Source: an uncultured bacterium (GTDB lineage Bacteria > Chloroflexota > UBA5177 > JANWHV01). From it: a DNA stretch of 64,000 nucleotides. Position 1 is the first letter of the stretch; every line of letters begins with the position of its first letter. The notes beneath the pieces were generated by a model, which saw nothing but the letters and a program-made list of their open reading frames with translations, had not been told where the DNA came from and did not search any database. Shown piece by piece: positions 51,024-64,000 of this stretch. The stretch spans positions 192,001-256,000 of the forward strand of contig CAWHAE010000014.1 in assembly GCA_963827235.1 (NCBI GenBank), read 5' to 3'. The translations under genes and the position numbers were made by a program.

Positions 51024-52319
51024 ATGCAGGATGATCTTGAACTCGACGAATTGGAGCACATCGGGCCGGAGCGGATCCTGCAGGTGCTGTCTGAACCGGA
51101 CATCGACTGCCCGGCGCTGCCGCTCCCGCGGACGGAGCACGCGCTTGCACTGCCCATGGCGCTCGCGCTGCACCCGCGACCGTACCAGCGCGAGGCAGTA
51201 CTGCGCTGGCTCGAGGCGGCAGGACGTGGCATCGTCGTGCTGCCGACCGGCTCAGGCAAAACGATTGTAGCTATGATGGCGATGGAGGCGACCGGCTCTC
51301 GTACACTGATCGTGGTGCCCACGATCGAGCTGCTTGAGCAGTGGCGCACCACGCTGCTGAAGAACCTCGGGATTCCCGAGTCGGCGGTTGGCGTCATAGG
51401 CGGAGGACGCCGTGAGCCGAGGCCGATCACCGTCATCACGTACCAGTCCGCGCGTATCGCCGGACATTTGCTCGAATCCTTCGGCCTGGTCGTGTTCGAC
51501 GAAGTGCATCACCTCCCTGCCACCGGTTATCGGCGCATCCCGCGCCTGGCAGGAGCTCCCTATCTGCTCGGACTGAGCGCGACCACCGACCGGATGGATG
51601 GCAAGGACGGGGATCTGGACGTGCTGATCGGTCCGGAGGTGTATCGCCGGTGGCCGGCGGAGCTGTCGCGTGACGGACACATCGCCGAGTTCGTCGAGAA
51701 GCGACTGTTCGTCGATCTTTCCCCGGAGGAACGGCTGCGCTATGAGAGTCTCAGCGCGGAATACCGCTGGTACATGGCGAGACGCCGCGGACACTTCGCG
51801 CCGGGGGATGCTTTTCAGGATCTCATTCGGCGGGCAGCCGTTGACCCGGGGGCGCGCAGTGCCTTGCAGGCACATCACGAAGCGCGCCTCATCGCGCTCA
51901 ATGCCTCGGCGAAGATCGATCTCGTTGCCGATTTGTTGGACCGCCACCGAGATGAGAAAGTAATCGTGTTCAGCGAGTACAACGCCATCGTCGACCGCAT
52001 GAGCCGCGAGCTGCTGCTGCCGTCCATCACCTACAGGACACCCACGGTCGAGCGGCGCCAGGTGCTAGATCGTTTCCGGACCGGGCGATACAGCAAGCTG
52101 ATCACTGGCCGCGTGCTCAACGAAGGCGTGGACGTGCCTGACGCCGGCGTGGCGATCGTGGTGAGCGGTAGCTCGGCAACGCGGGAATACCTTCAGCGTC
52201 TCGGGCGCATCCTGCGTCCGAAATCGGCAAGGGCAATACTCTATGAGCTGGTCACGAGGCAGACGAGCGAGGGGCGGTCCGCGGCGCGGCGCCGGCCACG
52301 CGAAGGCCACGTGGCCTGA
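51024..52319 (+). CDS. XPB/Rad25-like SF2 helicase
   Basis: RPYQ Q-motif, LPTGSGKT, DEVHH, LSAT, VLNEGVDVP, QRLGRILR; start 51024 (GGAG RBS) or 50985/50970. Confidence 0.88.
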   Translation: MQDDLELDELEHIGPERILQVLSEPDIDCPALPLPRTEHALALPMALALHPRPYQREAVLRWLEAAGRGIVVLPTGSGKTIVAMMAMEATGSRTLIVVPTIELLEQWRTTLLKNLGIPESAVGVIGGGRREPRPITVITYQSARIAGHLLESFGLVVFDEVHHLPATGYRRIPRLAGAPYLLGLSATTDRMDGKDGDLDVLIGPEVYRRWPAELSRDGHIAEFVEKRLFVDLSPEERLRYESLSAEYRWYMARRRGHFAPGDAFQDLIRRAAVDPGARSALQAHHEARLIALNASAKIDLVADLLDRHRDEKVIVFSEYNAIVDRMSRELLLPSITYRTPTVERRQVLDRFRTGRYSKLITGRVLNEGVDVPDAGVAIVVSGSSATREYLQRLGRILRPKSARAILYELVTRQTSEGRSAARRRPREGHVA

Positions 52320-52375
52320 GTAGCTCGCACGCTCGTGGCCAACCACTGCGGCGCCGAATCAAGGAGCGGGGTTCA

Positions 52376-53849
52376 ATGTCATTTCGACTGACGGATATCA
52401 AGAGGACGATGCGCTCTCGCGGCGACGGCGAGCGGTATCTTCATCCGAAGCTCCTCCAACCCACCGAAATGGAGGGACGGATGGACCTGGCGCTGTCCTA
52501 TTTCCACACCCGGCTGGGCCGCGCGCGCCGCGATTTTGACGCCGAGATGCTGGTTCGCTTCTTCGGAGACCCCAAGCTCGCGCGTGGGATCGTGTCCTGC
52601 CTCGGCAGGACCTACCGCTGGCGCTTGCAAGCGTTCTCCGACGTGCTCGACGGCGGCGAGCTGCAGCGCCTTGGGCTGCATGGCATCCGCTGTCCCAGCG
52701 ACCTGCGGCTCTACTTGTTCGATCTGGTGAACCGAGCGGGCCACGGCTTTCTTGCAGGTGATCGCAAGTCTGAGCTGCAGGTGCAGAGCGGGCGCCTAGG
52801 CCTGGCACCGGCGCGGCTCGAGCGGCTATTCAGCCTCGACTCGGAGGACAATGCCGTGCTGGTGCGCGCAGGCGACGCGCCTGCCGCCAGAGACGTGATT
52901 TCGCAGTACAACTTCCAGGTCGTGCATGCGATTATTCGGAACTGCGAATACCTGGAGTTTGCAGACCTGCAGGTCCCCGCCCGTGCAGCGCTTGTCGCGG
53001 CCTGCCGCGAGCATGGCGTGGCGCTGAGCGAGCAGGGCACTGCTCTCCGCGTGCACAACCGCGCCGATGCTTTCGGCAGCTATGCCCGCTGGGGCCAACG
53101 CCTGGCGCGCGCCTTGTACACCACCGCGTCGGTGGTGCCTTCGCTCCTGCAAACCGGCAGAGCAAGGCTGCAGACGCGCGGCAGGCATGCGTGGTACGTG
53201 TTCGACCGGCATACCTTGACTTCCCTAACCGGCGCAATAGGCGCCATTTGGTGCGCCGACCCTCTGCCGGAGATCGCCGACCGCTGGCAGCACCGGCGTC
53301 CGGCGGGCGGCACAATGGGCTGGCACCTGACCAACCTGGCAGAGCCGTTCGTGTGCCCGGCCGGCCTGATCGTGCCATCCAGCAGGATAATGCGCGGCGA
53401 GCTCGAGGTCCTGCTTTGGCCGCTCGACACGGAGACCGACGGTCTCGCCGTGACCGCTCTGCACGGTGCAGGACGGCCCGTGCTCGCCGTTCGCCGCTCG
53501 GGCGCCGCCGTCGTGGCGCCTGAGCCGGTCGCGTGTGTGGAATCCCGAGATCGCCAGCGCCGAGTTGGTCGCCGCGCTTACTGCCCGCTGGGGCACAGTG
53601 CGGGCCGATGCGAGCGCACAGGCGCTGGAGGGGCTGCTCGCCGATCTTCAGTCGCGCGGCTTCATTCCCGAGACTGACGTCCTCGATGCGCTTTGCTGCG
53701 AGTCTCCGGACGAGCTGCCCGTTCGCTTGCGAGCGCTCGACCCGGTACGAGGCACGTTCATGCCGGGCCTCGGGCTTTGCAGTGCCTCGTTTGCAGGGGC
53801 GATGCGCCGCGGGCTGCGGCGCAAGCCGCGCGCCAAGCCGGCCGCCTGA
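52376..53849 (+). CDS. DUF790 / Bax1-like protein, one frameshift near 53547
   Basis: Directly after XPB; DPKLARG, DSEDNAVL, ISQYNFQV, YARWGQRLAR segments resemble DUF790; removing one C joins it to the ORF ending at 53849. Confidence 0.65.
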
Positions 53850-54073
53850 ACGACAGTCACCAGGCTGCGCGACTCAGGCCTTTGAGGGCGGGGCGATCCC
53901 GGTTCCGGACGTTCAGCCTCAGCCGGCGAGCGTCACCCTGTGGAGTTCCCGTTGGCGCGCACCCGCTGGACCGGTTTGGCCCTATGCCTCGGCTGGCCTG
54001 CCATCGCCGCCACTGCCGGCTATCCCGTGGTCCACGGCTGGAGCGATGCCTTCGCCCGGTCCGACCAGTCCGC

Positions 54074-54403
54074 TCAGCCCACGACGATAATGGACTTGAA
54101 GTTCATCATGTTGGGCGGATCGGCCGCCAGCATACTGAACTGGTACTTGCCCGGCGAGATAGGCGTGTTGGGACTCACCGTAATCGTGTCTCCCTTGATC
54201 ACTGCCGGCTTGAGATCGGGCATGCCCTCCGGCGTGGGCTGGCCGGACGAGTCCACGTGAAACACCATAGCCTGCACGGTGGCATCTGCCGGCGCAGCGC
54301 CCGCGAACGTCAGCACGATGGACGAGGTCGGCGATATGTGGACACCGGGAGGCGGGCTCATCCCTGTCAGTTTCGGGAAGTCGCCGGTCGCAACCCGCGT
54401 CAC
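54074..54403 (-). CDS. Hypothetical protein, possible Ig-like (Big_5/CopC-like) domain
   Basis: SPPPG...IVLTF...TITVSP..P..PGKY beta-sandwich pattern; start uncertain. Confidence 0.5.
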   Translation of the reverse strand: MTRVATGDFPKLTGMSPPPGVHISPTSSIVLTFAGAAPADATVQAMVFHVDSSGQPTPEGMPDLKPAVIKGDTITVSPNTPISPGKYQFSMLAADPPNMMNFKSIIVVG

Positions 54404-54458
54404 ACGTCCGCCAGAGAATGTGGTCGCGTAGCCAGGGTACCGCGTCGAGCGACGGCGA

Positions 54459-55247
54459 TCAGTAGTAGCCGCCGCGGGTGGCGGACATGCCTCCGTACCA
54501 GCGAGGTGGCCGAGGCAGGGGACGCCGTTGGCTCGGACGCTCGAATATCTTGACCAATATGAGCCCGGCGACGAAACCGCCCACATGCGCCCACACCGCG
54601 ACTCCGCCGCCGCCGGCCTGCTGTCCAAGCGACGTGACGGCCGGCACAAACTGCATTACGAACCAGAATCCGATCAGCAGAGCAGCCGAGACTCGGGTGA
54701 ACGTGAAGAAGAACCCAATGAAGATGAGGGCGTTGACCAGCGCGTGGGGGTAGAGCACGAGGTAAGCGGCGAGCACGCCGGCTATAGCGCCGCTGGCGCC
54801 CAGGTTTGGCGTCAGCGCGTCTGCCGTGCTTGGATCGAAGCTCAGAGTCACGACCACCTGGGTGAGCCCGGCCAGGAGGCCGCAGACGACGTAGAAGACC
54901 AGGTAGCCGAGATGGCCGAAGGCATCCTCCACGTTGTCGCCGAAGATCCAGAGGAACAGCATGTTGCCCAGTATGTGCTCCCAGCTCGCGTGCATGAACA
55001 TGCCGGTCAGCAGCGTGAGCCATGCCGGCGTGGTCAACAGTTGGTGCGACTGCGGATCGTAGACGCAGGTGGAGAACGGGCACTGGTGAAGCTCCTGAGG
55101 AATGACCGACAAGTTGCCTACCAGCCACGTGGCATTGCCGCTGAGATAGTAGACCCAGATGAACACGGCAAAGTTCGCCGCGATCAGCACGTAGTTCACC
55201 AACGGGAAGGTCCGCCGCTGCGAGTTGTCGTCCGATAGCGGTATCAC
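54459..55247 (-). CDS. Rhomboid family intramembrane serine protease
   Basis: MFMHASWEHILGNMLFLWIFGDNVED, GASGA, WAHVGGF. Confidence 0.93.
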   Translation of the reverse strand: MIPLSDDNSQRRTFPLVNYVLIAANFAVFIWVYYLSGNATWLVGNLSVIPQELHQCPFSTCVYDPQSHQLLTTPAWLTLLTGMFMHASWEHILGNMLFLWIFGDNVEDAFGHLGYLVFYVVCGLLAGLTQVVVTLSFDPSTADALTPNLGASGAIAGVLAAYLVLYPHALVNALIFIGFFFTFTRVSAALLIGFWFVMQFVPAVTSLGQQAGGGGVAVWAHVGGFVAGLILVKIFERPSQRRPLPRPPRWYGGMSATRGGYY

Positions 55248-55616
55248 TGGGACACTCCGGGTGCCAGGCACTGAATCCTACACATTCAGCATACCTTCAC
55301 TGCGCTACGCTGCCTGATCAGGAGCCGCACCGGGCTTGTCCGAAATCCCCGCACCAGCGCTTCGCGTGGCCGCACCTGTGAACGCGGTCGTCTCGACCGC
55401 CTCTGGGCATGCCCGGGATGTCTTCAGGCGTCGTCAGGCAGCAAACCTTCATGCCACAATGACCGTGTAGGCCCGCTGCACCGGCCCCTGTTACCCGCCG
55501 GAGCAGGAAAGCACCAATCATGGCGCGCTGCGGTCACCGTGCCGGTCGCGCGCCGTTCACTCCCTTCGCCCGCATGGAAGTGCGTGCTTACTCGGCGCGT
55601 GACTCTTGCCAGTCGG

Positions 55617-56573
55617 TCAGCGGGCTGTCGCGGAGGCCACCGGTCCGTTGACCAGCCGGCTCGTGTCCACGACTTCGAAGTCCGCCCCTGTAATCCGGTT
55701 TATCGTATGGAAGTCGTCGTCGTTGAAACGGGAGTCGGAGGAGCCCGAGATAAACCAGTTCGAGCCGTTGTCGGCGAGGATCATGCCGTATTTCTTGAGC
55801 GCCGTGAGCAGGACTCGAACCTGGGGCCTGAATCCACTGATGTCCACCGAGGCTTTCAGGCGCACTCGCAGGCCCATGGGTGGGTAGGCGGCGGCGTGCA
55901 CGCCGGCGTCGTGGCGGGCCGGGTAGATGTGCGCGCTACGCGTGTGCACGGCCGTGAAGCGAAGTGCGTGGTCTATCACGCCCGCGGCGATCTCGTCGTA
56001 ACGCACGAGCCCGGGCAGAATGGGTAGCCCGGCTGCGTCGGCGCTGGTCCAGCCATCGGGTCTCAGCGCGTTCGAGCGCAGATTCCAGATGGCGCCCGAT
56101 CCGGCGGTCCATCGGGCCCCGATCCTGTTCACGTCGTACAGCTCGTAGAGATTGCAGTTCGCTTTGTCCACGATGAGCAGGTGGCGGTCGCTTCCGCCCT
56201 CGATCAGCGGCTTCGCGGGAATGGGATACGGCCCCGAGTCGGACTCTAAGGCGTAGTCAAAGTGCACCCGTACCATGGGCTGTTTCCCTGACACCACATT
56301 GAAGGGAATACCGTAGCCCAGATAGGATCCGAAGTCGGGGTGCAGCCCGGTCGAGAGGCCGATCGAGCGGATCATGGCCGTCGAGTTCGCGGCGGCGGGC
56401 AGTCCCGAGACGTCGACGTTCCACACGTTGTTGGCTGGAAACAGCGGGCAGCCCGGTGCGCCGGGAACCGGAGCACCGGAGCGGCTGGACGAGCGGTCTC
56501 GAGCGTGCGCGTCGGGCGCCGTGCCGGCGAGTATCAGCGCGGCCAGGGCCGCGATCCCGAGCCTGCGAAGCAT
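55617..56573 (-). CDS. Secreted protein of unknown function
   Basis: AAGGAG RBS; signal peptide; FPANNVWN, SADAAGLPILPGLVRYDE, IDHALRF, YGMILADNG. Confidence 0.75.
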   Translation of the reverse strand: MLRRLGIAALAALILAGTAPDAHARDRSSSRSGAPVPGAPGCPLFPANNVWNVDVSGLPAAANSTAMIRSIGLSTGLHPDFGSYLGYGIPFNVVSGKQPMVRVHFDYALESDSGPYPIPAKPLIEGGSDRHLLIVDKANCNLYELYDVNRIGARWTAGSGAIWNLRSNALRPDGWTSADAAGLPILPGLVRYDEIAAGVIDHALRFTAVHTRSAHIYPARHDAGVHAAAYPPMGLRVRLKASVDISGFRPQVRVLLTALKKYGMILADNGSNWFISGSSDSRFNDDDFHTINRITGADFEVVDTSRLVNGPVASATAR

Positions 56574-56925
56574 GGGCGAACTCCTTGGACTGTTCGGCTC
56601 AACGTGTCGGAGGCACCCAAAGGTCACGTCCTGCGCACGTGGCTCTCCAGGCGCGGAAGCTGGCTCAGGCGTCTCTGCCGCCATTGTGGCAGTGCGGCCG
56701 GAACTCCACAAGCGCCCATTAGGCGTGTTTCGAGGTGCCAGCCGGTTGAGCACCATGCTTGCGGCCGATGCCGCGCCATGACATTCGCCGGATCAGGTGT
56801 GCCGGCCAGCGCGCCGGCTGATAGCTCAGTGATCGGCCCCACCGTTCACGCGCCTGCCCACTGCGTGCCGCGTGAACGGTGGGAACCCATCTCCAGTCAA
56901 GATCCGCGGAGCCGGCGATCCGCGA

Positions 56926-58425
56926 CTAACTCGGCGCGCCGGCTGTCCAGCAGCTACTTGCACCGTGGCAGGTTGAGAGCGCCGAGACGACGGAGTGCAG
57001 ACGGGCTCGATCGGACGCACCAAGCTGGCCGTAGACGTTCACCCGCTCCTCCGGGTCATGACTGATGTTGTAGTACTCGTGCTCGCCGTTGGCGTACTCG
57101 ACGTACACCGCGTTGGGAAGCCGAATAGCCTCGTACGTGGTGGGATTGCCACCCAGGGCGCCATTCTCGTAGTCGATATCACTCGTGTCGGTGTCGGGTC
57201 CGTGGTGCTCGATCAACGCGGCAGTACGCCAGCTCGACACCGGCCTAGCCAGAAGCAGCGGCACCAGGCTGTGCCCATCCACGGACGGGCTGGGTGTGCC
57301 GCCGCTCAGCTCGACGAACGTGGGATTAAGATCGATGTTCTGCGCAATCTGAGAGATGGTCTGCCCGTGCGGCACCCCAGGACCCATGACGATGAGCGGC
57401 ACCTGAATGTCGGAATCGAATGCAGTCATCTTTCCCGGCAGAAGCCGGTGCTGACCCATGTGGTAGCCGTTGTCGGAGCTGAAGACGATGTAGGTATTCT
57501 GAGCCAGACCGCGAGCGGAGAGCGTGGATTCCAGCCGGCCAATCAGGTCGTCGACAGCCTGCACGGCCTGGGCGCGCTTCCGGAATCCCGCGTCAATCAG
57601 GTTGATCTGCTTCTTTGTCAGCGGCAACCGCGGGCCCAGCCAGGTTGGCGGGTTCACGTTGTTCTTGTCAAACGAAGCCGTGCGCGGCGCCGCCAGGTTG
57701 GGGAAGTGTCCGGCGTCGCGCGGGGCGGGCGTATACGGCGCGTGAGGCGCGAACGTGGCGACCTCAAGGAGGAACGGCTTCTGCGCGTCGGCCGCCCGAT
57801 TGATGAACGCGGCGCCGCGGTCGGCAAGCACGTCCGTCAGGTAGTTGGATCGATTGGCCGGGCCGCCAAAGTGGACGAGCTTGCCGTTCTCGTTGAGGCC
57901 GTAGTTGAACTCGGCGTAGCCTTCGCCCGCCACATGCCAGTCGTTCCAGCCCGCTGGGTTGAACAGAGACGACGGCTCATATCCGTTGAGATACTTTCCC
58001 ATCATCGACGTAAGGTAGCCACCGGCTTGCAGCCCCAGCGCGAAGGTCTTGCCTTCGTCGCCGTTGGCGAGAAACGCGTAATAACCGCCCGAGGATCCCG
58101 AATTGGCGAACACGCCGGTATCGTGCGGGAACAGGCCGGTAAATATGGACGAGCGCGACGGGCAGCAGAGCGAATCGCTCACGATGTAGTGGCTGAATGT
58201 AACGCCCTTGCGCTCGAGCTGCAGCACGTGCGGCATGTACTGCACCAGGTCCCAGGACAAATCGTCGGTCAAGACGAAGACGATGTTCGGTCGCTGGTCT
58301 GCCGCGCCCGAGGCAGCGACCACGCCTCTGGCGTGGGCACCGGCCAGGCAGCAAGTGAGGAACGAACCGACGGCAAGTCCGCGCAGAACATGTCCCAGCC
58401 AGGTACGCAGGGATGGACCCTCCAT
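56926..58425 (-). CDS. Secreted Cys-type sulfatase (N-acetylglucosamine-6-sulfatase-like)
   Basis: PNIVFVLTDD, CCPSRSSIFTG, GKYLNGY, APHAP, SDNGYH; signal peptide. Confidence 0.9.
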   Translation of the reverse strand: MEGPSLRTWLGHVLRGLAVGSFLTCCLAGAHARGVVAASGAADQRPNIVFVLTDDLSWDLVQYMPHVLQLERKGVTFSHYIVSDSLCCPSRSSIFTGLFPHDTGVFANSGSSGGYYAFLANGDEGKTFALGLQAGGYLTSMMGKYLNGYEPSSLFNPAGWNDWHVAGEGYAEFNYGLNENGKLVHFGGPANRSNYLTDVLADRGAAFINRAADAQKPFLLEVATFAPHAPYTPAPRDAGHFPNLAAPRTASFDKNNVNPPTWLGPRLPLTKKQINLIDAGFRKRAQAVQAVDDLIGRLESTLSARGLAQNTYIVFSSDNGYHMGQHRLLPGKMTAFDSDIQVPLIVMGPGVPHGQTISQIAQNIDLNPTFVELSGGTPSPSVDGHSLVPLLLARPVSSWRTAALIEHHGPDTDTSDIDYENGALGGNPTTYEAIRLPNAVYVEYANGEHEYYNISHDPEERVNVYGQLGASDRARLHSVVSALSTCHGASSCWTAGAPS

Positions 58426-58515
58426 TGTTGGCCCCCTTGTCTCTACGCTGCGTTCCCTGGCAGAGCCTGCCGGGGCGGGCGGTATCGATACCGAGGCTCA
58501 TTCTATGTGTGACGC

Positions 58516-58531
58516 GCAATACTGATATTGC
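58516..58531. promoter_or_regulatory. Inverted repeat upstream of the sulfatase
   Basis: GCAATA-CTGA-TATTGC in an AT-rich intergenic stretch. Confidence 0.35.
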
Positions 58532-58596
58532 ACAGACGTTAACGCATGTAAAGAGTCTATTGCACTTCCGATCCGGTGCGGCACGTTCATAGCCGA

Positions 58597-59415
58597 CTAG
58601 AGAGGACGATGAGCAACCGCGAGCAGGTGGTTGCTTACTCCGAGCACACTGGACTCATGCTCAACGCATGCAATCGCCTCCAGCAGTTGCCGCCTCTTCC
58701 GTTCGTCCTGCCAGCGAGCGTCGAAATCGGGTACGAGCCAGCCGGGCCCTTCGACTGCCAGGAGCGCGTCCAGCCGTAGACCAGCCTCCGCGATCTCCTC
58801 TGCTAGCTGGTCCGGCTTGTGGTAATAGGCGGTGGTGAACCACTCTCTGCCCGCCGGGTTACGGTGCTGCCCTTCATGCACATCCCGCTCGATCACCCTT
58901 ACATGCTCGGGGTCGCCTAAGTCGCGCCACCACAAGCCGTCGAGCATCGACGCGTAACGAGAGATCGCAGCCGCAAAGATCATCTGTCCTGGACGCACGA
59001 TCCGGCTGGCCTCCGCTATCGCCGCTAACCTGTCGGCGCGGTCCGTCAGATGATAGAGCGGGCCAAGCAGCAGGACAGCATCGGCCGACGCATCAGGCTC
59101 GCGTAGATCGCGTGCGTCACCGAGCGCCGCCGTGTACCCGTTCGACGCGGCCCGCGCCTGTTCTACATGGAGCGGGACCGGATCCACCAGGTGCACCCTG
59201 TAGCCCCTAGCGGTGAGCCACCGAGCATAGGCGCCCGGTCCACCACCGATATCGAGGATGCGGGCGGGTGGCGGCGGAAGGTGCCGCTGGAGAATCATGC
59301 ATGTGCGCTCGAACTCTAGGCGATACGTGCCTTCCGTCAGGCGACGCTCTTCCAGTCCATCGCCATAGTACGCGACGATCTCCGGCGCTGGCTGGAGTAA
59401 AGGCTCTTCTGGCAT
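58597..59415 (-). CDS. Class I SAM-dependent methyltransferase
   Basis: ILDIGGGPG, LVDPV, GDARDL, LLLGPLYHL; AGGAG RBS. Confidence 0.9.
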   Translation of the reverse strand: MPEEPLLQPAPEIVAYYGDGLEERRLTEGTYRLEFERTCMILQRHLPPPPARILDIGGGPGAYARWLTARGYRVHLVDPVPLHVEQARAASNGYTAALGDARDLREPDASADAVLLLGPLYHLTDRADRLAAIAEASRIVRPGQMIFAAAISRYASMLDGLWWRDLGDPEHVRVIERDVHEGQHRNPAGREWFTTAYYHKPDQLAEEIAEAGLRLDALLAVEGPGWLVPDFDARWQDERKRRQLLEAIACVEHESSVLGVSNHLLAVAHRPL

Positions 59416-59747
59416 AACAGGTGCTCCTGACCGTGATGCGGCAATGCTAGCACAGCGCTCTGGCGAGTGGTGACTCCTGCCCATCATCCCACGGATCCGG
59501 TTGGTATCGTCCAGGCAGACACGGCGGACCGTCCAAAGCCACGGTGAACGGTGCGATCTGGGTCCGCAGTGTGATGCTCGGGTTGGGAACCGACAACGCA
59601 GACTGGCAGTGCTTCCGCTACGCTCTTGAGGGCGCGACGCGAGTGCTCTGGCAGTGCCGACACTATAGGCTGGAACGCGAAGGTCGAGCACTCAGCGACG
59701 AAAGCCTGCTCGCCCTAGCGCTCGCGCCGGCCGGCACCTGGCGGCCG

Positions 59748-60410
59748 CTAGATCTGAGTCAGCTCGCTCAGCATGACCGCGTCGAATTCCGCCAGCGAGT
59801 CCAGCACCCGGTCGGCGATCAGGAAATTCGCATGAGACCGCAGCGCCTCGTCGGGCACAGCCACGCACTTCATCTTCGCCGCCTTGGCGGAGAGTACGCC
59901 ATTCGGCGAATCCTCGAAGGCTAGGCACTGGTCGGGGCGCACGCCGAGCCGCTGCGCCGTGCTGATAAAGACGCCCGGATGCGGCTTCCCATACGTCTCG
60001 TGCTCGGCAGACTGGAGGACGGCAAAGTACTGCCGCATGTTCAGCTTGTCCACCACGCACTCGATCAGGGCCAAGGGCGAGGAGGACGCTATGGCCATCG
60101 GCAGTCCGGCACGCGAGCAAACCTCGAGCGCCCGGTATGCGCCTTCGCGAGCCACCCCACGCGACCTCACAAGATCGCTCAGCCGCCCGATCAGGCGCTC
60201 AGCCACGACAGAGACTGGAGGCTCAGCCCAGGGATAGCGGGAACGCCAGTGGTCGACAATCTCCTCGGTCCTCAGCCCGGTTGTCTCCTTCTTCAGCAGG
60301 GGCGTAAGCGGCACGCCCAGCTCGGGAAAGATGACCATCTCCGCTGCTTCCCACAGCGGCTCGCTGTCTATGAGCAGCCCGTCCATGTCGAAGATCACAG
60401 CCGCGATCAC
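59748..60410 (-). CDS. hxpB: HAD hexitol/2-deoxyglucose-6-phosphate phosphatase (HxpB/YniC-like)
   Basis: FDMDGLLIDSEPLW, ASSS, KPHPGV, FEDSPNG. Confidence 0.82.
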   Translation of the reverse strand: MIAAVIFDMDGLLIDSEPLWEAAEMVIFPELGVPLTPLLKKETTGLRTEEIVDHWRSRYPWAEPPVSVVAERLIGRLSDLVRSRGVAREGAYRALEVCSRAGLPMAIASSSPLALIECVVDKLNMRQYFAVLQSAEHETYGKPHPGVFISTAQRLGVRPDQCLAFEDSPNGVLSAKAAKMKCVAVPDEALRSHANFLIADRVLDSLAEFDAVMLSELTQI

Positions 60411-60556
60411 GTGCGTCCTTTCACGGCGATTCCGCCTCGGCAAGTCCGGTGACCGCCAGCCCTCACCGGACGCCTACCCTTGCGCAGCCAACTCCATGGT
60501 ATCGCCTCGGCAACGGCAGGCGAGTCCCGGACCCAGTCTCGACCGCGGCACATGCA

Positions 60557-60585
60557 AGAGGCCCGGGAGCTTGCTCCGGGCCTCT
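60557..60585 (-). terminator. Stem-loop downstream of the E1 gene
   Basis: AGAGGCCCGGGAGC-TT-GCTCCGGGCCTCT inverted repeat with one bulge. Confidence 0.45.
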
Positions 60586-60636
60586 CGCGAGCAGCAACGG
60601 CTGCCCGGCCTCTACGAACCGTCCGTCTTCAGACGG

Positions 60637-63096
<2,460 letters not shown>

Positions 63097-63107
63097 GGTC
63101 CTAACTC

Positions 63108-64000
63108 CTATTGGGCCTGTAGTATGGCTTCCCGCAGCGCCTCGGAGACGGTAGGATGCGGGAAGACAATTTCTGCGGCGTGAGACGCGAGCAGTTCCAT
63201 TTCGATCAGCGCGGCAGCGGCCACGATGAACTCGCTGGATGAATCGCCCATGGCATGCACACCAAGAATCTCGCCGTGCTTGGCCCCGACCAGCACTTTG
63301 ACGAAGCCCGATCCCTTCTCGTTCTCGATCAGGAACCGCCCGGCGACACCCATGGGTACCATGGCCTTCTTGTACCGGACGCCGGCCGCCTTGAGCTCCT
63401 CTTCAGTAGCGCCGACCGTCGCGACTTCGGGATGGGTATATATCACGGCCGGCACGGCCTCGTATCGGATGTGGTCTGCTTTTCCGAACATGGCGTTCAC
63501 CGCCACCAGGCCCTCGCGCGTCGCCACGTGCGCCAGCATGTGTTGCCCGGTGACGTCGCCACATGCCCAGATGCCCGGCACATTGGTTCTGCCCTGGTCG
63601 GTAATGCGAATGCCTTTAGGGCTGAAGTCAACGCCCACCTGCTCCAACCCGAGACCTTGCACGATCGGCGTGCGACCGGTAGCGTTGAGCACGCTCTCGG
63701 CGGAGTAGCTCTGCTTCGCCCCGGTGTTGTCCGCGTACTGCACCGTGCCGCCGTCGATGGAGAGAACTCTGCACGACAAATTGATCGTCACGCCGCTGCG
63801 TTTCAGCGCTTGCAAGAGCCTGTTCGAGATATCGCCGTCGCAGCTGCCGGCAATCTGAGGCAGCATCTCGAACACGGCCACCTCTGCCCCGACCTCGCTG
63901 AAGAACGATGCAAACTCGAGACCGATGTAGCCCCCGCCAATGATGGCGATGCTGTGCGGCACTGCCGTGAGATCGAACACCGTGTTCGAGTTGAGAACGC
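63108..64000 (-). CDS. lpdA: Dihydrolipoamide dehydrogenase (5' truncated by window edge)
   Basis: [17 protein letters not shown]...LAH, YTHPEVA, HPTVSE. Confidence 0.9.
   Translation of the reverse strand, partial: VLNSNTVFDLTAVPHSIAIIGGGYIGLEFASFFSEVGAEVAVFEMLPQIAGSCDGDISNRLLQALKRSGVTINLSCRVLSIDGGTVQYADNTGAKQSYSAESVLNATGRTPIVQGLGLEQVGVDFSPKGIRITDQGRTNVPGIWACGDVTGQHMLAHVATREGLVAVNAMFGKADHIRYEAVPAVIYTHPEVATVGATEEELKAAGVRYKKAMVPMGVAGRFLIENEKGSGFVKVLVGAKHGEILGVHAMGDSSSEFIVAAAALIEMELLASHAAEIVFPHPTVSEALREAILQAQ

Noticed and set aside
56995-58512. 505-aa plus-strand ORF
   Set aside because: Antisense shadow of the sulfatase

Overview
A 64-kb window of high-GC bacterial chromosome, probably Chloroflexota or a related monoderm lineage (inferred from gene content and a GAAC-N4-GTAC LexA box). 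It holds about 55 mostly metabolic genes: a clan GH-A glycoside hydrolase, a gamma-glutamylation amine-catabolism cluster, malQ, an orphan hypAB pair, a GH2 beta-mannosidase, a gabD + Opp/Dpp ABC + sugar redox/isomerase operon, a MarR/ABC-2 exporter, a LacI-controlled sugar ABC / FucI / polyol dehydrogenase / FGGY-kinase locus, an SOS-boxed XPB helicase + DUF790 (Bax1-like) pair, a rhomboid protease, a secreted sulfatase, and a fused E1 alpha/beta dehydrogenase with lpdA. I saw no rRNA, tRNA, CRISPR array or transposase. Many genes at 39.4-45.1 kb, plus single sites near 21.43 and 53.55 kb, are broken by single-base insertions that look like read-consensus errors. The permease at 30.1-31.1 kb looks genuinely decayed. 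Best leads: (1) the LexA-regulated XPB with a Bax1-like partner whose nuclease motif appears degenerate; (2) a FucI-initiated rare-sugar pathway lacking fucA; (3) a promoter-to-hairpin unit at 32.7-33.1 kb with no convincing long ORF. All product calls come from motif recognition by eye; no database search was run.
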